From Penicillus capitatus (taxonomy: Eukaryota > Plantae > Chlorophyta): a DNA stretch of 64,000 nucleotides. Shown piece after piece: positions 12,863 to 26,133 of the stretch. The first letter of the stretch is position 1. Every line of letters begins with the position of its first letter. The DNA lies in the NCBI GenBank assembly GCA_965649825.1, contig OZ287703.1, positions 1,049,722-1,113,721 on the forward strand, in the 5' to 3' direction. The position numbers and the translations under genes were made by a program. Under the pieces are notes generated by a model, which was not told the origin of the DNA, did not search any database, and saw only the letters and a program-made list of their open reading frames with translations.

Positions 12863-14664
12863 AGTTGAAGGCTGTTCTTCGCTTAGGCGTTTCTCTGTAG
12901 GTGATATTGTGTCGTCGTTGTCCAGAAATCAAACTATCCGTTCTGGAAGAAGACGACTTGAGATAAGGAAATGGATGATTCGTTCTGTCGAATCGAATAC
13001 TCTGCCATCAGGCAAACACCAACCAGTAGCATTTGCGATGCGGTGACAGCGACGCAATCAGCAAATCTCGACGCCCAAGACCAAAAGCTCTTGGCAGACA
13101 GACCACGACGGCTCGCCGTGTTAAGATTTGGTCAACAAAGGCGATCAAACCTTGAACGCAGCAGTTATACATCTGTTTAGATGATTGTAGTCAACAGTGG
13201 TTTCCAAGCAGTGCTCTGATCTTTGAGTTATATGGGAGACTCTTGCAGTGGCTCAGACCAAGTGACCATAGATTTTCTTCTGATACATGGACGAACCCAT
13301 CACGATTCTGCAAACCGCGAGAACACAGTCATTGACTCTGATCGATCCACACGACCCCTGTGACATGGGCGTTCTGTTTGGACTGGCAGATCACAAACCG
13401 GTAGCAGCTGAACCACGGATGCAACACAATGAGCATCTTTTCCCTAGTCGCGTGAGCTACGTGCAGGCAATCTTGATGTGCTTTAATCCTCAGCCTATTG
13501 TTAGCGTAACGAAGTCAAATCTTCCGACAGACCCTCCAACGTACATTTACACGATAGCGGAATGCGTCAACACACGTGAAGATTAATGTACTAGACATTT
13601 TGTTCAGTGTCTAGCTGCCAGCAAGAGAGTGAGGGTCATGTTTTCATTGAATATCAAAATATGATAGCCTGGAGAAACTTTGATGAGTTCTGCTGTAACA
13701 CGAAGAGGATAGACGTACAGTCGACAATAGGAAGGGGAGACTCAGCCACTAACTATCAAGTATGGTAATGGTGAAACTGTGCTCCACCGTCGGATGATAT
13801 CGGCAAGAGAACGCGACAAACAGACCAGTTGATGAAAGCAGAGCGCCATATAAATGTTCCTACTGCTCCCGCCTCGCAGCTTTGTTTCATCTAAAGTATC
13901 TCGGGATAACACATCGTGTCGTGTTCCGCTGCCGTAGACAACCGTATACACAAAAAATCTGAGACGCTCATCGACGATTTTGACAGGCGTATGATACGAG
14001 AACCAGATTTTCGATCGAAATGGCGTAAGTGGTGCCGAGTAGACGATCTACGTTGCAAGAAACGCCGCGTCTGCTCGCTACCCAATCTCTCAGTCTTTCC
14101 ATGCAAGATTTCCAGTGTGTTCGTCGAGTTCTACGGCGATGTTCATTTGAATCATTTCTGCGCAGAAGTCAACAACTCTTAAGGATAACAGATTCGGTCT
14201 TCTCATCATGCATCTATCTGTTTATGCATCAGCCTAATCAGAAGTCGTAAGCGTCGGTGCGCAAGGCTACAGGTTGCAGGCCTGCTAACAGAGAAGAAAA
14301 AAGTGGTAGTCACACCGCATGACGATCACGGATGCCCCACAGTCAAGAATGGAGTCCACGTCATTCTGCGGAGTTATGATTAAGGGTGAGTGCTGGTCAC
14401 AGAGTCCGCGTTTGGTGGTCTTTTCGTGAGGCAGGTAGCCTGCGGTCTTCGGCATGGAAGGTGCTGCCTTGCTTCGAAACGCTGCCCTACGGTCGAGCGC
14501 GTAATTGCCGCGCATCCTTATTAGTATTCTAATACAATGCCATGTGTTGCGTTTAGTACATTACGTCTTTTCTCGACTACGTTCGTTACGAACTTCAGAC
14601 GAACGTTATCAACTTTTGTGCGTCGCGGACCTGGAGAGCAGACGCGATACCGAGAAGCCGAAGA

Positions 14665-17600
14665 ATGGAAAGTGAAGACGCATCACGCCAGCCCCTTCTG
14701 GGCAGCCGGCATACGGAGGAATCCTCACTGACTCACGAAACCCGAGTCAAATCCACGACAGCGACGGCACCTAAACGTAAGTTAAGCAACCTGACGGCTC
14801 GGCGGAAAGTTCTTTGTGCTGCTCTCGCTTCAACGTCTAGCGCATCGATCCTTGTTTTGAATGTTCTGTCGAATCCACCGTACAAATGGCTCCGTCGCGG
14901 CAACACGTCCCATTTCGACGGCTTCTTCTGTGCTCTCACGTGGCGGACGGAGGCTCTAACAACTCTTCTGTTTTGTTCCAGGTCTACCACGCTCCTCACT
15001 TGTCGACTGTAAGCCTCTGAATGGAATTCCCTCTCGAGTGCTCGAACCGTCGAAAGAAGGCTTATTCTTCACCTGTCACGCGTTTTCAGCAGACGGGAAG
15101 TGCCTAGCCATGGGAGATATGGCCGGTTGTGTCAGGTACGCCTCGCCGCTGTAGTCACTCCCGATTGTGTTTAATGACAAGACCGTATGTAGGCTGTGGA
15201 GAACGGCAGACTACAAGCTCGTCGCCGAGTGGTGTGGGGCGTTCGAACGCGCCATCGATTGCTTACTCTTCATACAACATGAGAACGATAGACTCATTGC
15301 TGTCGACACTGAGGGGAACTGTCGATGCATGAAACTATTGTGGTCCGATGATGAGCATCAGCTGGACGCCACATCCGCAGCGGAACCTCCTAACTGCTGT
15401 AGTTTCTCGTCGGTGGACAACGAAAGGTTTCTCAACGACATACCCAAACCACTTCCTCACATTGACACGTGCAAGCACCAGTTCTCAAGAAATGGACGGA
15501 TCTTGCTGCGCGTTAAGTCCACGGGTACGTACTTTGAACCAGATTACGAAATCCGTGCCATTGAAGTCATTAAGCTGGGATACAGTATACCGCCCATCAT
15601 TCAGCTCGATAAAGACAGAAAGCATCCAAACGGATTCCCCCTACTTTCCGAGAATGGTGAGAGTGTTCTCGTGTGCTCCATTGCGAGGACAGAGGTATGC
15701 AAGGCAATCACTTGTGTGCATACAAGCATTTTTCTCCAGGTATGGCCAAAGCTGAATTTCGAAGCTGGGTCAAGTCATCAACACTCGGTCACTTTGGATG
15801 GTACTTGTGCGGTCTGGGGATTGCAGGGCCGATACTTGCTTCTATGGGGAACAAATGATCGCAAACAGTCAACGATCTCTGTGTACGAAACAAAAGACCT
15901 GATGCATCTCCTTCGGGGGACCATCCCCAGCCATTAGGAAAGAGAACTTTTCGTGCTGGAAAGTTCCGCTATGAAGCACAAATGTTAGAACCCCTCTCTT
16001 GGTCAGACGAAGGCGTCGAAGTGCTCATTGCAGAAACAGATGCGCAAGGAAAACGAAGAGTATTGATCTGGGATGTTATCAACAATACCATAAACAACGA
16101 GTTAATGATTCCAGCAGAAAGAGAGACAAGACTGATCAAAACACATCCAATATTGAGAAGGATCCCAACAGAAAAAAGAGTGAAGGATCATCTACAATCC
16201 GGTCTAGATGATGCGTCTTTTAATTTCCGCATCGTTGAAGCTGTCCATCCAAACTTTTGCATCTCCAAGGACAAGAAGTGGATTGGTGCATTCTCGCGGA
16301 GGTCTCAGTCGTGTTCCATTGCATCCGCCACATCCGGGGCGACAGTGTGGAGCTCTGGCTTTGCACAACCGTTGCAATCGGCTCTGCCTGACTTGCCTAC
16401 TCAGGCGATGTTTGATCCAAATGGAGATCACTTTCTAATCGTTAGCGAATGCGCCATCATCGTGTGCTCCCCGGAGTTTCTTGCTAATAAGCTGTATGCC
16501 GAGAAACGGGACCAAACCTTCCTCGAAGCATACGCTTGTCTGCCCAGCCAGTCTCTCACGAGTGCCTTGGAGGACAGAGAACACAAGTGTGGCGTTTCGA
16601 GCTGGATTGATGATGTTTCCTGCAGCATTATCCATGACAGTTATGTATCCGATGCCACTCAGTCTGCTGACGGGAAGAGACTTGCCTTCATTGTTACCAA
16701 TAGAGAGAGATATTTCCGACCCATCAGATCTTCAGAAATCGTTTGCCTCGAAGAAGGGGAAGGCGAAGCGCTTCTGGATCTGGCATTCGAAGAAGACAAT
16801 GGAACAGAGGCAGATTCAGAATCATTCATCCCTAATCGGTTGTTCCTCTACGACAATGGTAATGGACCAGATCAGGGGCTTGTCGCTTTCTCTGAACTTC
16901 AGAAGCCGATAGCAATGTTCATCGACATTCCGACCAAGAATAAACGAGAAAAGAAGCTAGAGAACATCGACAGATGCCTTCGGATCTCTCAGACAGCGGA
17001 TCGGAAGAATGTGACAATCCTCGACGTCAGGAAAGTGATCATCCTTGACCTGCGAAGCGAGACAACGTCCGAGGTAATAGAATACCAGGTCGACTTTGCA
17101 AACATCCTGGCAATGGTGACCGTCAATACGAAATGGAAACGCAAGAGAAGAGAAAGTGACATGAAAGACACCCAGAAACGAGTCTCTGACGATGGTCGCT
17201 GCGTCCTGCTCTCGTGGGATCAAGGAAAACAAGAGAGTATTGTCGTCCGTCCTTCCAGTGGACCACAAGAAATGGAAAACCCTCTTAAGCAACCAAACAG
17301 AGTGCTGTCGGATTACTGCACTCTGTCAAGCGACGGCAAAGCAACCTGCTTTATTGACATGCGTGAAATCTCCAGAGACAGAATAACGATTGGAATCTTC
17401 AACGAATCAGGTATCCTAATCCTGATCTTCACACTCTCGTTCTGTAGCTGTTTCAACAGATCGAAGAGTCTTCCATCGCATTCACGTTCCATTCGATTCT
17501 GTTCCATCACTTCGCTGGATGGCAGTTTCTTCGACACGTCTGAAAGGATTGGCAGCACGGAAACAACTGTATACAACATTAAAAAGTCGATTTCTCGTAC

Positions 17601-20401
17601 TGCCTTCTCTTCTTTCTTCTCTCATGACACCGCTCTCCAGGTGATCTGGAACAAAAGAAGACGGTCGCCTTCTATCGTAAACCTGCGATTAAAAGCCAAG
17701 AGCCCGAAACCTTGACCAACAATCTATCGGATGTGTTTTGTGGAGTATCCGATGACAGTTCACAGATTTTCTTCGACGGCGGGCACCTGCACCATCGCTT
17801 CTTCTCCGACCAAAAGTGGCGTCGAATCCGACGCTTTGCATTTAGAGATACAGAGGATAGCACGGCGAGGTACGAGAAGCTTGATGCCAGAGATCATGAA
17901 GACATCGACAAGTACATTGAGAAGTGAGTGTATTCTTTCAATCCACAGCTGCTGAAACAGGTTGCCGTACTGCAGATTAGCAGAGAAGAATGGTCCTTCA
18001 TTCGTCAACACGCCTTACGAATCTGGAATATCGTTTTTTCGCGAGGCCTTCAGAAATGGGGATAAAGAAGTGGTGAAGTGTTGCGTCGCTCATGCCGAGA
18101 AGAATGGCATTCTACTGGACGTGGGAGACGTACCTCGCTTCGAAGATGTGAAAGAGGAAGTACTCGAGCCTCTCCATCGCAATGTCATTGTGAGTACATC
18201 TCGCACACGTTTGGCTTTAAGATGTTCTAACTGTCTACTATCCAGAAAATGATCAAAGACTTTCTGCGTCTCTGCTCCAGTAGCACACCCATAAGGAGTC
18301 GTACAACGCGAAGGGAAGAGTCGTCCAATATCTTGAGCGTAGCCTTGAATGAAAGATCGAGGGAGCGAGTCAAAGAGGCAGTCGAGTTGATATGTTCTCC
18401 GATCATACCGTTTAGAAGCGGCGCATGGCTTATGAAGACATTTTACAAGTATTTGTGGAAGGAATACCCCGAGGTTATCATAAGCGTTCTTTCCCAAGAG
18501 TCGTTGTTCTTCGAAACTTGCCAGCCCAGAGTTTACGATTACCTTCTTGTGAGTACCGCGTCCAAGAAAGATAAAACCTTACGTCCGGGTACATCGGACT
18601 CAGTGCTGAACTGGGAGGATGTCGACATTCGGCATCTTTTTGAGAAACATCGTGAAGGGACGGTACACGATACGGATACACCAACCGTACAGACATCCGT
18701 GAAGTTCCTTCGTATTGAGGATGCGGCCAGGATTGGAATGGATGGAATCATTCGGCCATTGTTGATGCAGAATCCTCGAGTGGACGTCTTCAGCAGCAAA
18801 GCCGTCAAAGCCGTTACTCAGTACAAATGGTTAACGTTCTGGAAGATAAGATTCTGTCAGCATGCCGGTTTTTATACACTATTTCTTGTGGCGTTTACTT
18901 TTTTCTCTACACAAGTCGCCAAATCTTCCACCGTTTGCGTTGGAGAGCTTTCAGCAGATTATCCAAAGCATTGCTGTTTCGCCATTATGGTTATCTATGT
19001 CCTAAAGGGGGCCCATGATGAGTTTTGTCAGCTCCGTGCGTTTATGGAAGATGGACGGGTATATCTTTATAGCCGAATTCGAGGTGTGGCTTATTATTTC
19101 AGGTCCAATTGGAAGAAGCTAGATCTAGCCTCCTGCATGCTTTTGCTAGTGTTCATTCCCGTTCTCTATCTATCCACCTGCTTTACATCAGGTTCGATGT
19201 CATCTGACGAACCCCGGGGAAACTCTGGTACCGCACTGGATCAAGCTCTTTCGGCGACTCTGGCTGTGGAAGCCATACTCGTTTACACCAAGGTCATTCA
19301 TTCCAACCACTCCAAGTACTCAATGAGATCTGCTGTCATTTCAGGTCTGGTACTTTGCGCAACCGTTTCGAGTCTCCGGTGGCTTGGTGTTGATGGTCCA
19401 GAATGTTGTCATAGACTGCATCGCCTTTTTGGTGCTGTCCTTCTCAGTTGTCGTCGGATTCGGACTTGCCCTGCACATCCTCCATCGACACGCACCCGAA
19501 GAGGCAGAAGCTAGTGCAGATGAGCCTAATGATGACCACGATTACCGCGGCGATTATGGCTCCTTAGTCAAGAGTCTACAGACCCTGTTCTATGCTCTCT
19601 TCGGGATGTTTGATCCTGAGGTGCGTCTCATCTGGCAGCCGTCATGGCTCAGTGTTCTCTTTTGCAGTTCCCTGACGTGAACGGTTTCATCACTCCGCTC
19701 TTTGCCTTCTTCTTCTCCTTCTTTTTGATCGTTGCAGTCATCCTGCTGTTGAATCTTCTCATTGCTATTATGGGAGACACCTTTGACAAGGTGAAGAACC
19801 CAGAAGAGTCCCAGGTGCTGATGGCGAGGGCGAGCTTCATTGACGCTTCAGAGGCGTCGTTGAGCCGCAAGGCCCAAGAGAGAATTGAGTGAGATGTTGC
19901 AGTATGCATGACAGGACACTTGACATTCACGTCCCTTGCACTGGCTGTAGGAAACAGACAAAGAAGTACCTGTACATCTTGGAGCGCAAAGAGAACGATG
20001 CCGTTAGCAAGACATCTGCGGCGTGGATGGAAGAGCTTCAGACGATGGAGGAACGATTCAGGTAGGTCGGCTGAAGGAGATGTTGTTCTCCTCACTTGAA
20101 GCGAAAGGCGTTCTGTTAATGGTCACGAGTATTGTTCTTTTTTAGGTCGTGCATCAAGGAGGAATTGCAAAAACAGAATGAGAAGCTAGATATTCTGCAG
20201 CAACACATCAATCAGATTATTGAAGCGGGAAGCAAGATCGCGAAGGCACAAACATCAACTGCGGAACACGATGACACGCCGGACGAGACGGACGGTTCCG
20301 CGATTGGGACTGGTGGTGGAGAACCAAGCTATACAGCAGGTCAGATAGAGGATGGATCAGGATCGGAAAGCGCGAGCGGCGAAGGACAGCCGATTCCTTA
20401 A
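14665..20401 (+). CDS. TRP-type cation channel with long N-terminal WD40/beta-propeller-like region (multi-exon)
   Basis: WD-like AFSADGKCLAMGDMAGCVR|LWRT; KYKW motif; hydrophobic TM segments; pore SLQTLFYALFGMFDPE; S6 LLLNLLIAIMGDTFDKV; C-terminal coiled coil. Short GT-AG introns join the ORFs in frame wherever checked. Confidence 0.82.
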
Positions 20402-22993
20402 CACAAACCACAAGCGGAAGGGGCGGTGGGTGTGCATGCAGGGTGTTGTGGGACGGATTAAGGAAATCTACTGATGCAGGGCTGCCAAACACATGTCTGA
20501 GTTTCTAAGGCAGAACTGCAAGAAAGAGAAAGGGGCTTGCTGCCAGTTTCAATGAAGCATTTGATGCAGCGATGATCAAGTGGCTCGACGATTACGAGCA
20601 ATTCAATCATTCCTGTCATGAATATTTGAACCATCGACGGGGTGTTTTTTAGTTTCACTTTTCTTTCACTGCATAAGGCGTCAGAGCGAAATGCAGACGA
20701 CGTTATAAGAAAGACGAACAAGTTAAGTGCAAGGAGACGCATCGGCTTGGTGCACCAATCACACGACAGGCAGATTCCCAAGAGCGGGAAGTTTCCTTTT
20801 TATGCCCTGCATTTCCGAGGAATGGGTGAACGCTTTGGTCTAGAATCTGGAGATGAGATAGACATCGTTTGGTAATCATGACGGAACATGCATTACTCGG
20901 GTAGATTGAAAGAAAAGATGACAGTAAGTTTCATTGAAATCGGCAGTGGGGCTTTTAGAGTTGGCTGTGTTCGATCGACGTTCCTCTATTTCCCATTGCT
21001 CACTTTCTGTGTCGATCTTAACGATCTTGTTAAACGGACAAATAAGCCGAATGAGCAAAAGCCATGTTATTCTCGACTTGCACGAGAACAGTTATTAACT
21101 CCGTTGTCATTAACAAAGAAGGCCCTCATCAAGTGCAACGCAGCAGAGAGCTTAGCCACAGGTCTCCAGTCTCTAAAAATCGGGAAGGAGTGACCATGTA
21201 ATCACTATTGGCCTTAATCATCATTATTTATGTTTGTGCGATATGCGCAAACTCTTCGATGTGCGCAGCACTTGGCAACAGGACGTTAAACCGTTGCACA
21301 CATCAAATGATCTTCCATCGATCTCCATGCGGTTTGTGGGTGTTCCGTTGTGAGAAACAGTAACTGTTAGATCGGGCCCTGAAGCTCTTATTGCTGGTAA
21401 TGCTTTTTCTGGCATGTCTGTCCATCACATATCCATGGCAGTCTGAGAGATTTAAGCTTGGTTCAGTGTCGTTCTCATTCGTTGGAGACGCCTCGATCTC
21501 ATCACACTTGAGATCTGGCTTCTAAGTCTTCTCACGACGTGAATGCCTTGAGATACGCACCGATGCGATTCTGCACAACGAGCAGGTTAAGGTCGCCGTT
21601 ATCGCCAGAGGCTGCTGTTTCTTTGATCAAATTCTCGAACCTGCCTCTGCCCATCGAACTCTCGCTGTTGAATCGCGGAAGACATCCAGCGACTTCGCTA
21701 TAACAACACAATCCAAATATGCGGAAGTCCGTTGTATTCGTTCTCTGGCCGTGTTCCTTCGTAACCCTTCGACGTCGTCGGTTCTAACAGTCTTCTTCTT
21801 TCGATGAGTCCCATAGCGTACACATCTGACAGAACAACAGACATTTCGCGATCGGCAATGATCGTCGATCTGACATGAGATCGGTGAGATTTCATGATAC
21901 TGAATACTGCAGGAATTGGCACCGGAATCTATCCGTGTCCATCTCTCCATGCAGAAAGAGACAGGCCTTGATTTAACAGAAAAAAGAGTGACTGCTTCTC
22001 AAGGAGAGTGGTCAAACACTGCCGAGAGGTACACGTGTGTTGACCTTTGGTTACCTACTTGCATTCGTCGTTCACTTACGCAGGGGCTCTTAGTCGGTCA
22101 CAGGTCCGCATCGGAGGAATCCGAACAAACCCCGCCCAAAAGCGTCTTCGCGTCGCAGCGACTTGGGATCTATGGTTCGGGCAGATGTGTAGTATCCGTT
22201 TCCGAGGCGCTAGATAGAGTCTTTCGCGTTCAACGGCGAATCTCTTTCGTCCAATACGTCTACCGAAGGACTGTTTTCTATTTTGACGCCGTGGCAAGAC
22301 ATTTTGTCCTGCCTAATATGTCTTGTCGTCTTCCGGATCAGAGCCTCCGTATTGCTGTATTTGATGTATTTCTGAGCCGTGGTCGAAGGTCTGTTGCGAT
22401 CGTTGTTCGATACGTGTCAAGTGGTTCTGAGTCTTTTCTGCGTTCGCCTTCAAAGCGAAGTCTGCTGCAGACGCCCTCTCTATTGTGTCGGCAGTGCGAT
22501 GCCGCGTAAAGCTGACTCTCAAGCGAAGCGTCGACAAGGACCGTACTTTCCGTTCGACGGAAAATGCGACTGTAGCCGCGACGGAGACATTGTACTCAAG
22601 TTCAGTGATGGCTCTCGCCTCAAAACGCACTCCATGCTGCTGAAGATGGTTTCCTCGGTCTTCGTTTCGATGCTGACGGAATGCACAGACACGTCAACGA
22701 TCGTCCTGGAGGACACGTCTCAAGAAGTGTGGCTGTATATCTTGAATCATATCCACCCAGCTGCACCGTCTCTGTTCCCCGGATTGGAAGTGTTCCAACA
22801 TCGGGACAAGCTTGTAAGCCATTCTCTATCTTGAAAACCGTGAAAACGGAGTGGAATATAGGCCGGGCTCATGCATCAAGCAGTTAAGTTCGACATGCGA
22901 TACCTAATTGATTTCTTAGATGAAGTTATCAAAACGAAAGTGCCTAAACAAATGCACAACGGAACCGCGTATGTGAATTTTCATTCATACATT

Positions 22994-24623
22994 AATAAAG
23001 TTGGTGTTTCTTACATCCCCTTTTCAAGTTAAACATCAGAGGAGAGGGCTGAATCAAATGTTCAGGAGTGCATTCGTGCCTTGCCTAGGGCCGTATCAGT
23101 ACCAGAATGTAATGGAATGTGGATCAGGAGACTCCTCGGGGGGCGCTGGGAGGCCGTGTAAACGAGCGGATGGGAAGTACCATGTAGTCTAACGTGGCAA
23201 ACGCGGTCTTGGGATCCTTCAGTTGCTCGTAGAGAGTCTTCGACACGAAGACCTTCAAGTTCCTACTGGGTGTCCATTCCGGGAGGGGCTGACCAGCCGA
23301 GTCGCGTTTGCGGCGATTCAATCGGTGTGGAGCTGCGAGGTGTTCTTCTTCCAGTTCTGCGGCCGGAATTTTCCAACGGGATGCATTCTGTTCCGCAATG
23401 GCAGTGATAGCGTCATCCGGGTCAATGTCCAGGTCTACGTTGCTGATGACCACTGGGACCTTGTCTTTGGTGGGCGAGAGATACGGATTGTTGACAGTGA
23501 ACGTACCCAGGTCGTCCAGTTCCAGATCCCATGCGTCGCCGTCGCATTCCAGGCATCGATCAAGCGATTTCTCGAAGGACTCCCGTAGGTCAGCACGGAT
23601 TTGCACGTAGTACCGGCCTCCGTGATCTGTGCGGATGTCTTCCACGTACTCCTTGAGGTTCCTGATCTTGAGCTTTCTCTCCAGACCGATTCCGAGCTGA
23701 CGGAGGGACGGGCGATCTCCCTTCAGTTTCACTGGGCACAGCTGAAAGCTTCGCTCATCGCAGCGGATCTGCGCTTTGAGTTCCTGAGTTTTCTTCCTTA
23801 GATCTCTGGCCTGGGCGTTCCGTTGCTGCTGTGCAGGGGTCTGTGTGGGCGAGGCCTTTCGGGCGGCATCCCGGTACGATCGAGGGGCAGCGCTTCCGGA
23901 TTCTGTCGCTGTTTGGTCTCTGTCCGGAGGAGCAGGGGGCGTGGAGTGAGCGGCGGGCGGTGTCCAATCCGTGATGCTGTGGTAGAACAGCATGCAAGTG
24001 TGTACCTCGTGCAACGTGGAAAGAGCCTTGGAGAAACGAGCGGCAAACGGGTGTTCCTTGGGTACGAGCGGCGAGGCGATAATCTCGATCTGCGTAGTAG
24101 CCGAGCGGATGTCATCGGAGAGTGCTCTGAGGAATTGATTCGGCGGTACTGAGTGGCGGGAGCGGCAGAGAGAGGCCGTGTTCGTTTCTCCCCCTTGGGG
24201 CAGGTCTGGGGCTTCTGGCGCCAGGAGAAGTTGGATGCGCAGGTTCTCGAGTCTTGACGCTAGGCGTAGCTGGGCTTCATCCTTCTTTTCGTGCGCCGAC
24301 AAGTAGCCGCGGATCTTGGCGATGAGCGTGACGGGTTCCACTGTCGCGGCAATGTGCGTGGGGCAGGCTTGGAGGGCAGTGTTGACGAGGATGAGCTCCT
24401 TCTTGCTCATCGCTTCGAGAACCTCTGGGGACAGGCGCAGATCGCGCCGATACCGGACCGTGTTCGCGGCCTGCGCCACCGCCGTGCGCACCGGGTCGGG
24501 GGCGGTGTCAGGACCTCCGGTCTGCGAGCCTGAGGGCTGCATCGTTCGCGTTAGTGCGTGCGGGCACCGTCGTTCGGCAAGGGTTTTAAACGCGGCAGAA
24601 CGAAAGTGTCGTACGGAAAAAGA
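22994..24623 (-). mobile_element. Non-LTR retroelement-like insertion (1630 bp) with 15-bp TSD, encoding only an ORF1-like protein
   Basis: TTTCATTCATACATT at 22979-22993 and 24624-24638; a single long intronless ORF; no RT or endonuclease motifs seen. Confidence 0.8.
23124..24542 (-). CDS. LINE ORF1/gag-like nucleic-acid-binding protein (472 aa)
   Basis: Coiled coil followed by VPVVISNVDLDIDPDD..PHRLNRR..PSRNLKVFV..LPIRSFTRPP, resembling the pre-CCHC region of LINE ORF1; the CCHC knuckle is absent. Confidence 0.65.
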   Translation of the reverse strand: MQPSGSQTGGPDTAPDPVRTAVAQAANTVRYRRDLRLSPEVLEAMSKKELILVNTALQACPTHIAATVEPVTLIAKIRGYLSAHEKKDEAQLRLASRLENLRIQLLLAPEAPDLPQGGETNTASLCRSRHSVPPNQFLRALSDDIRSATTQIEIIASPLVPKEHPFAARFSKALSTLHEVHTCMLFYHSITDWTPPAAHSTPPAPPDRDQTATESGSAAPRSYRDAARKASPTQTPAQQQRNAQARDLRKKTQELKAQIRCDERSFQLCPVKLKGDRPSLRQLGIGLERKLKIRNLKEYVEDIRTDHGGRYYVQIRADLRESFEKSLDRCLECDGDAWDLELDDLGTFTVNNPYLSPTKDKVPVVISNVDLDIDPDDAITAIAEQNASRWKIPAAELEEEHLAAPHRLNRRKRDSAGQPLPEWTPSRNLKVFVSKTLYEQLKDPKTAFATLDYMVLPIRSFTRPPSAPRGVS

Positions 24624-24893
24624 TTTCATTCATACATTGAAGTTCAAACTTTTGAAGAGAAGAGGGCTCGTCTGTACAACCTTGTTTTTGAATTCGAAGC
24701 TTTTCTACCCAGGAGCGTTGAGAGTGTTCTCATGCACATTGTTAAGTATTTCAAGTTCTTTGTCAAACCAGGAAATCTGTACAGCAGTGCTCATAATTTC
24801 CCTCATGTCGCGTCTGGTTTTGAGAACAACGCGTTTCAAAGGGATGTTTTAAAAGAGATGCTGCAGAAGGCTAGTCCTGAATTTCATAAGAAA

Positions 24894-26013
24894 CTAACGG
24901 AACGCTTGATCGCGGAAGAGGAGGTCTTCTGATACTGCCTTTGTGTTGGCCAACGTCGATTTCTGTTCAATGTTCTGTTCGAACACCTGTTGCGCTGTAA
25001 AAGACGATTTGAACTGTCCACCCAGTCGTCCACATACATCTGCAGGGTCACGATAGACTGCAGTGCTGATCACAGAGACAAGTCTGGACACGTTGCTGTC
25101 GTAGCTCAGTCGCCGAACTCGATCGTTAAGCCAAGGTTGGCGATCGATGATTGGCATCGCGGTACTGCTGGCAACAAAATCTAAGATGGAATGATACAGA
25201 CTCGAATCTTCGTTCATGAAAAGCTTCAAGAGCACTTTTTTACAAGACGAGGCGGAACAAACGCAGGTCCGAATGGCAAGCTGCCTGAGAGCTGGAAAGT
25301 ATAACAGCCGAATGTAGAGAACCAACTGGCAGTGAGCATGAGTGTCGGTCATCGCTCAGGTGCTCGGCCTTTTGACATTGTCCAGTGCGTCGCCCTTCCA
25401 CAGATCAGAACACAATCCCATCTGAAATCCAGGGACTTAAGCAATCCAGCTCTTCTTCTGATTGCGGAATTCGCCGATCCACGCTCTTACGTTGAAGCCT
25501 TTTCTCTGGCGATGACATGACAGGTCGATCCAGGACCGCCGAGATGATAGATGGTCTGACTAAGTGAACTGCGAGTGAACCTGCAATGTCAAGCGTCAAA
25601 CCGCAAGTCTACTTGCCTATCCGTCAGATCCTTTCGAGAAACGAGCTTTTGCGAAACGGCCACAGTCATCCTAGTTCGAGACTCAAGAATCCACCGGGAA
25701 CGACTAACAAAGGCAGAAACGCTGTCGCTGAGTGACTGGTCTTCAGCATGGATGACGTTTCAATCGCGCACCTGTCCCGTCAGCCGCCTACAGGACAAAG
25801 AAAGTCGAACCGAATCAGCAGCTCCCCGCAAATATGCTCTCGGCGCAGTGACGAATCACTCAGCCTCCTTTCTTCTGTACAACGGTGAATGTCTGAGAGC
25901 ATGTGCTTCTGCGCAACAACAGCGCCGTTCGTTCGTCTCGCTTCCAGAAGAGTTTCGTTCGCTAGACGAGGATTCTCGTGGTTTGCGATGTACTTTACCA
26001 GTACCTTCGACAT
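24894..26013 (-). CDS. Hypothetical multi-exon protein, divergent from the patatin gene
   Basis: ATG 26013 (MSKVLVKYIANHENPRL..) and colinear coding-like ORFs 25405-25599 and 24894-25352; splicing not fully resolved. Confidence 0.35.
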
Positions 26014-26133
26014 CCGAAGACGTTCAATCCAGACTCATGAACATGATTGTCGGTGTTGTAGCGTTTGAGGACACTCGACAATCCAGACGTGGCAGTTCTT
26101 CGTCTCTTTTCCTCGACGGCGCCTACGGCAGAT

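Larger units (their letters stand above)
22499..24932 (+). pseudogene. BTB/POZ paralogue 2 (2 exons) disrupted by a 1.63-kb LINE-like insertion
   Basis: PYFPFDGKCDCSRDGD..LKTHSMLLKMVSSVFVSML; intron 22814-22861. Removing the insert and one TSD gives NFHSYIEVQTFEEKRARLYNLV...EEEVF*, homologous to paralogue 4. Confidence 0.85.

Noticed and set aside
15881-15937. Apparent frameshift in the TRP gene
   Set aside because: A 50-nt GT-AG intron (15881-15930) joins the frames
20450-22330. Short ORFs and a weak (Y/H)IRQD(K/D)M similarity between ~22300 and ~38090
   Set aside because: Too short and unalignable to support a gene or element call
23020-23050. LINE end resembling the BTB sequence right of the insertion (aagtt..aaac..agagggct), as in a 3' transduction
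   Set aside because: Only ~20 of 30 matches with gaps and no extension; compatible with chance
24543-24629. Longer 501-aa start for the LINE ORF
   Set aside because: That ATG lies in the TSD/host sequence, outside the element; ATG 24542 is preferred
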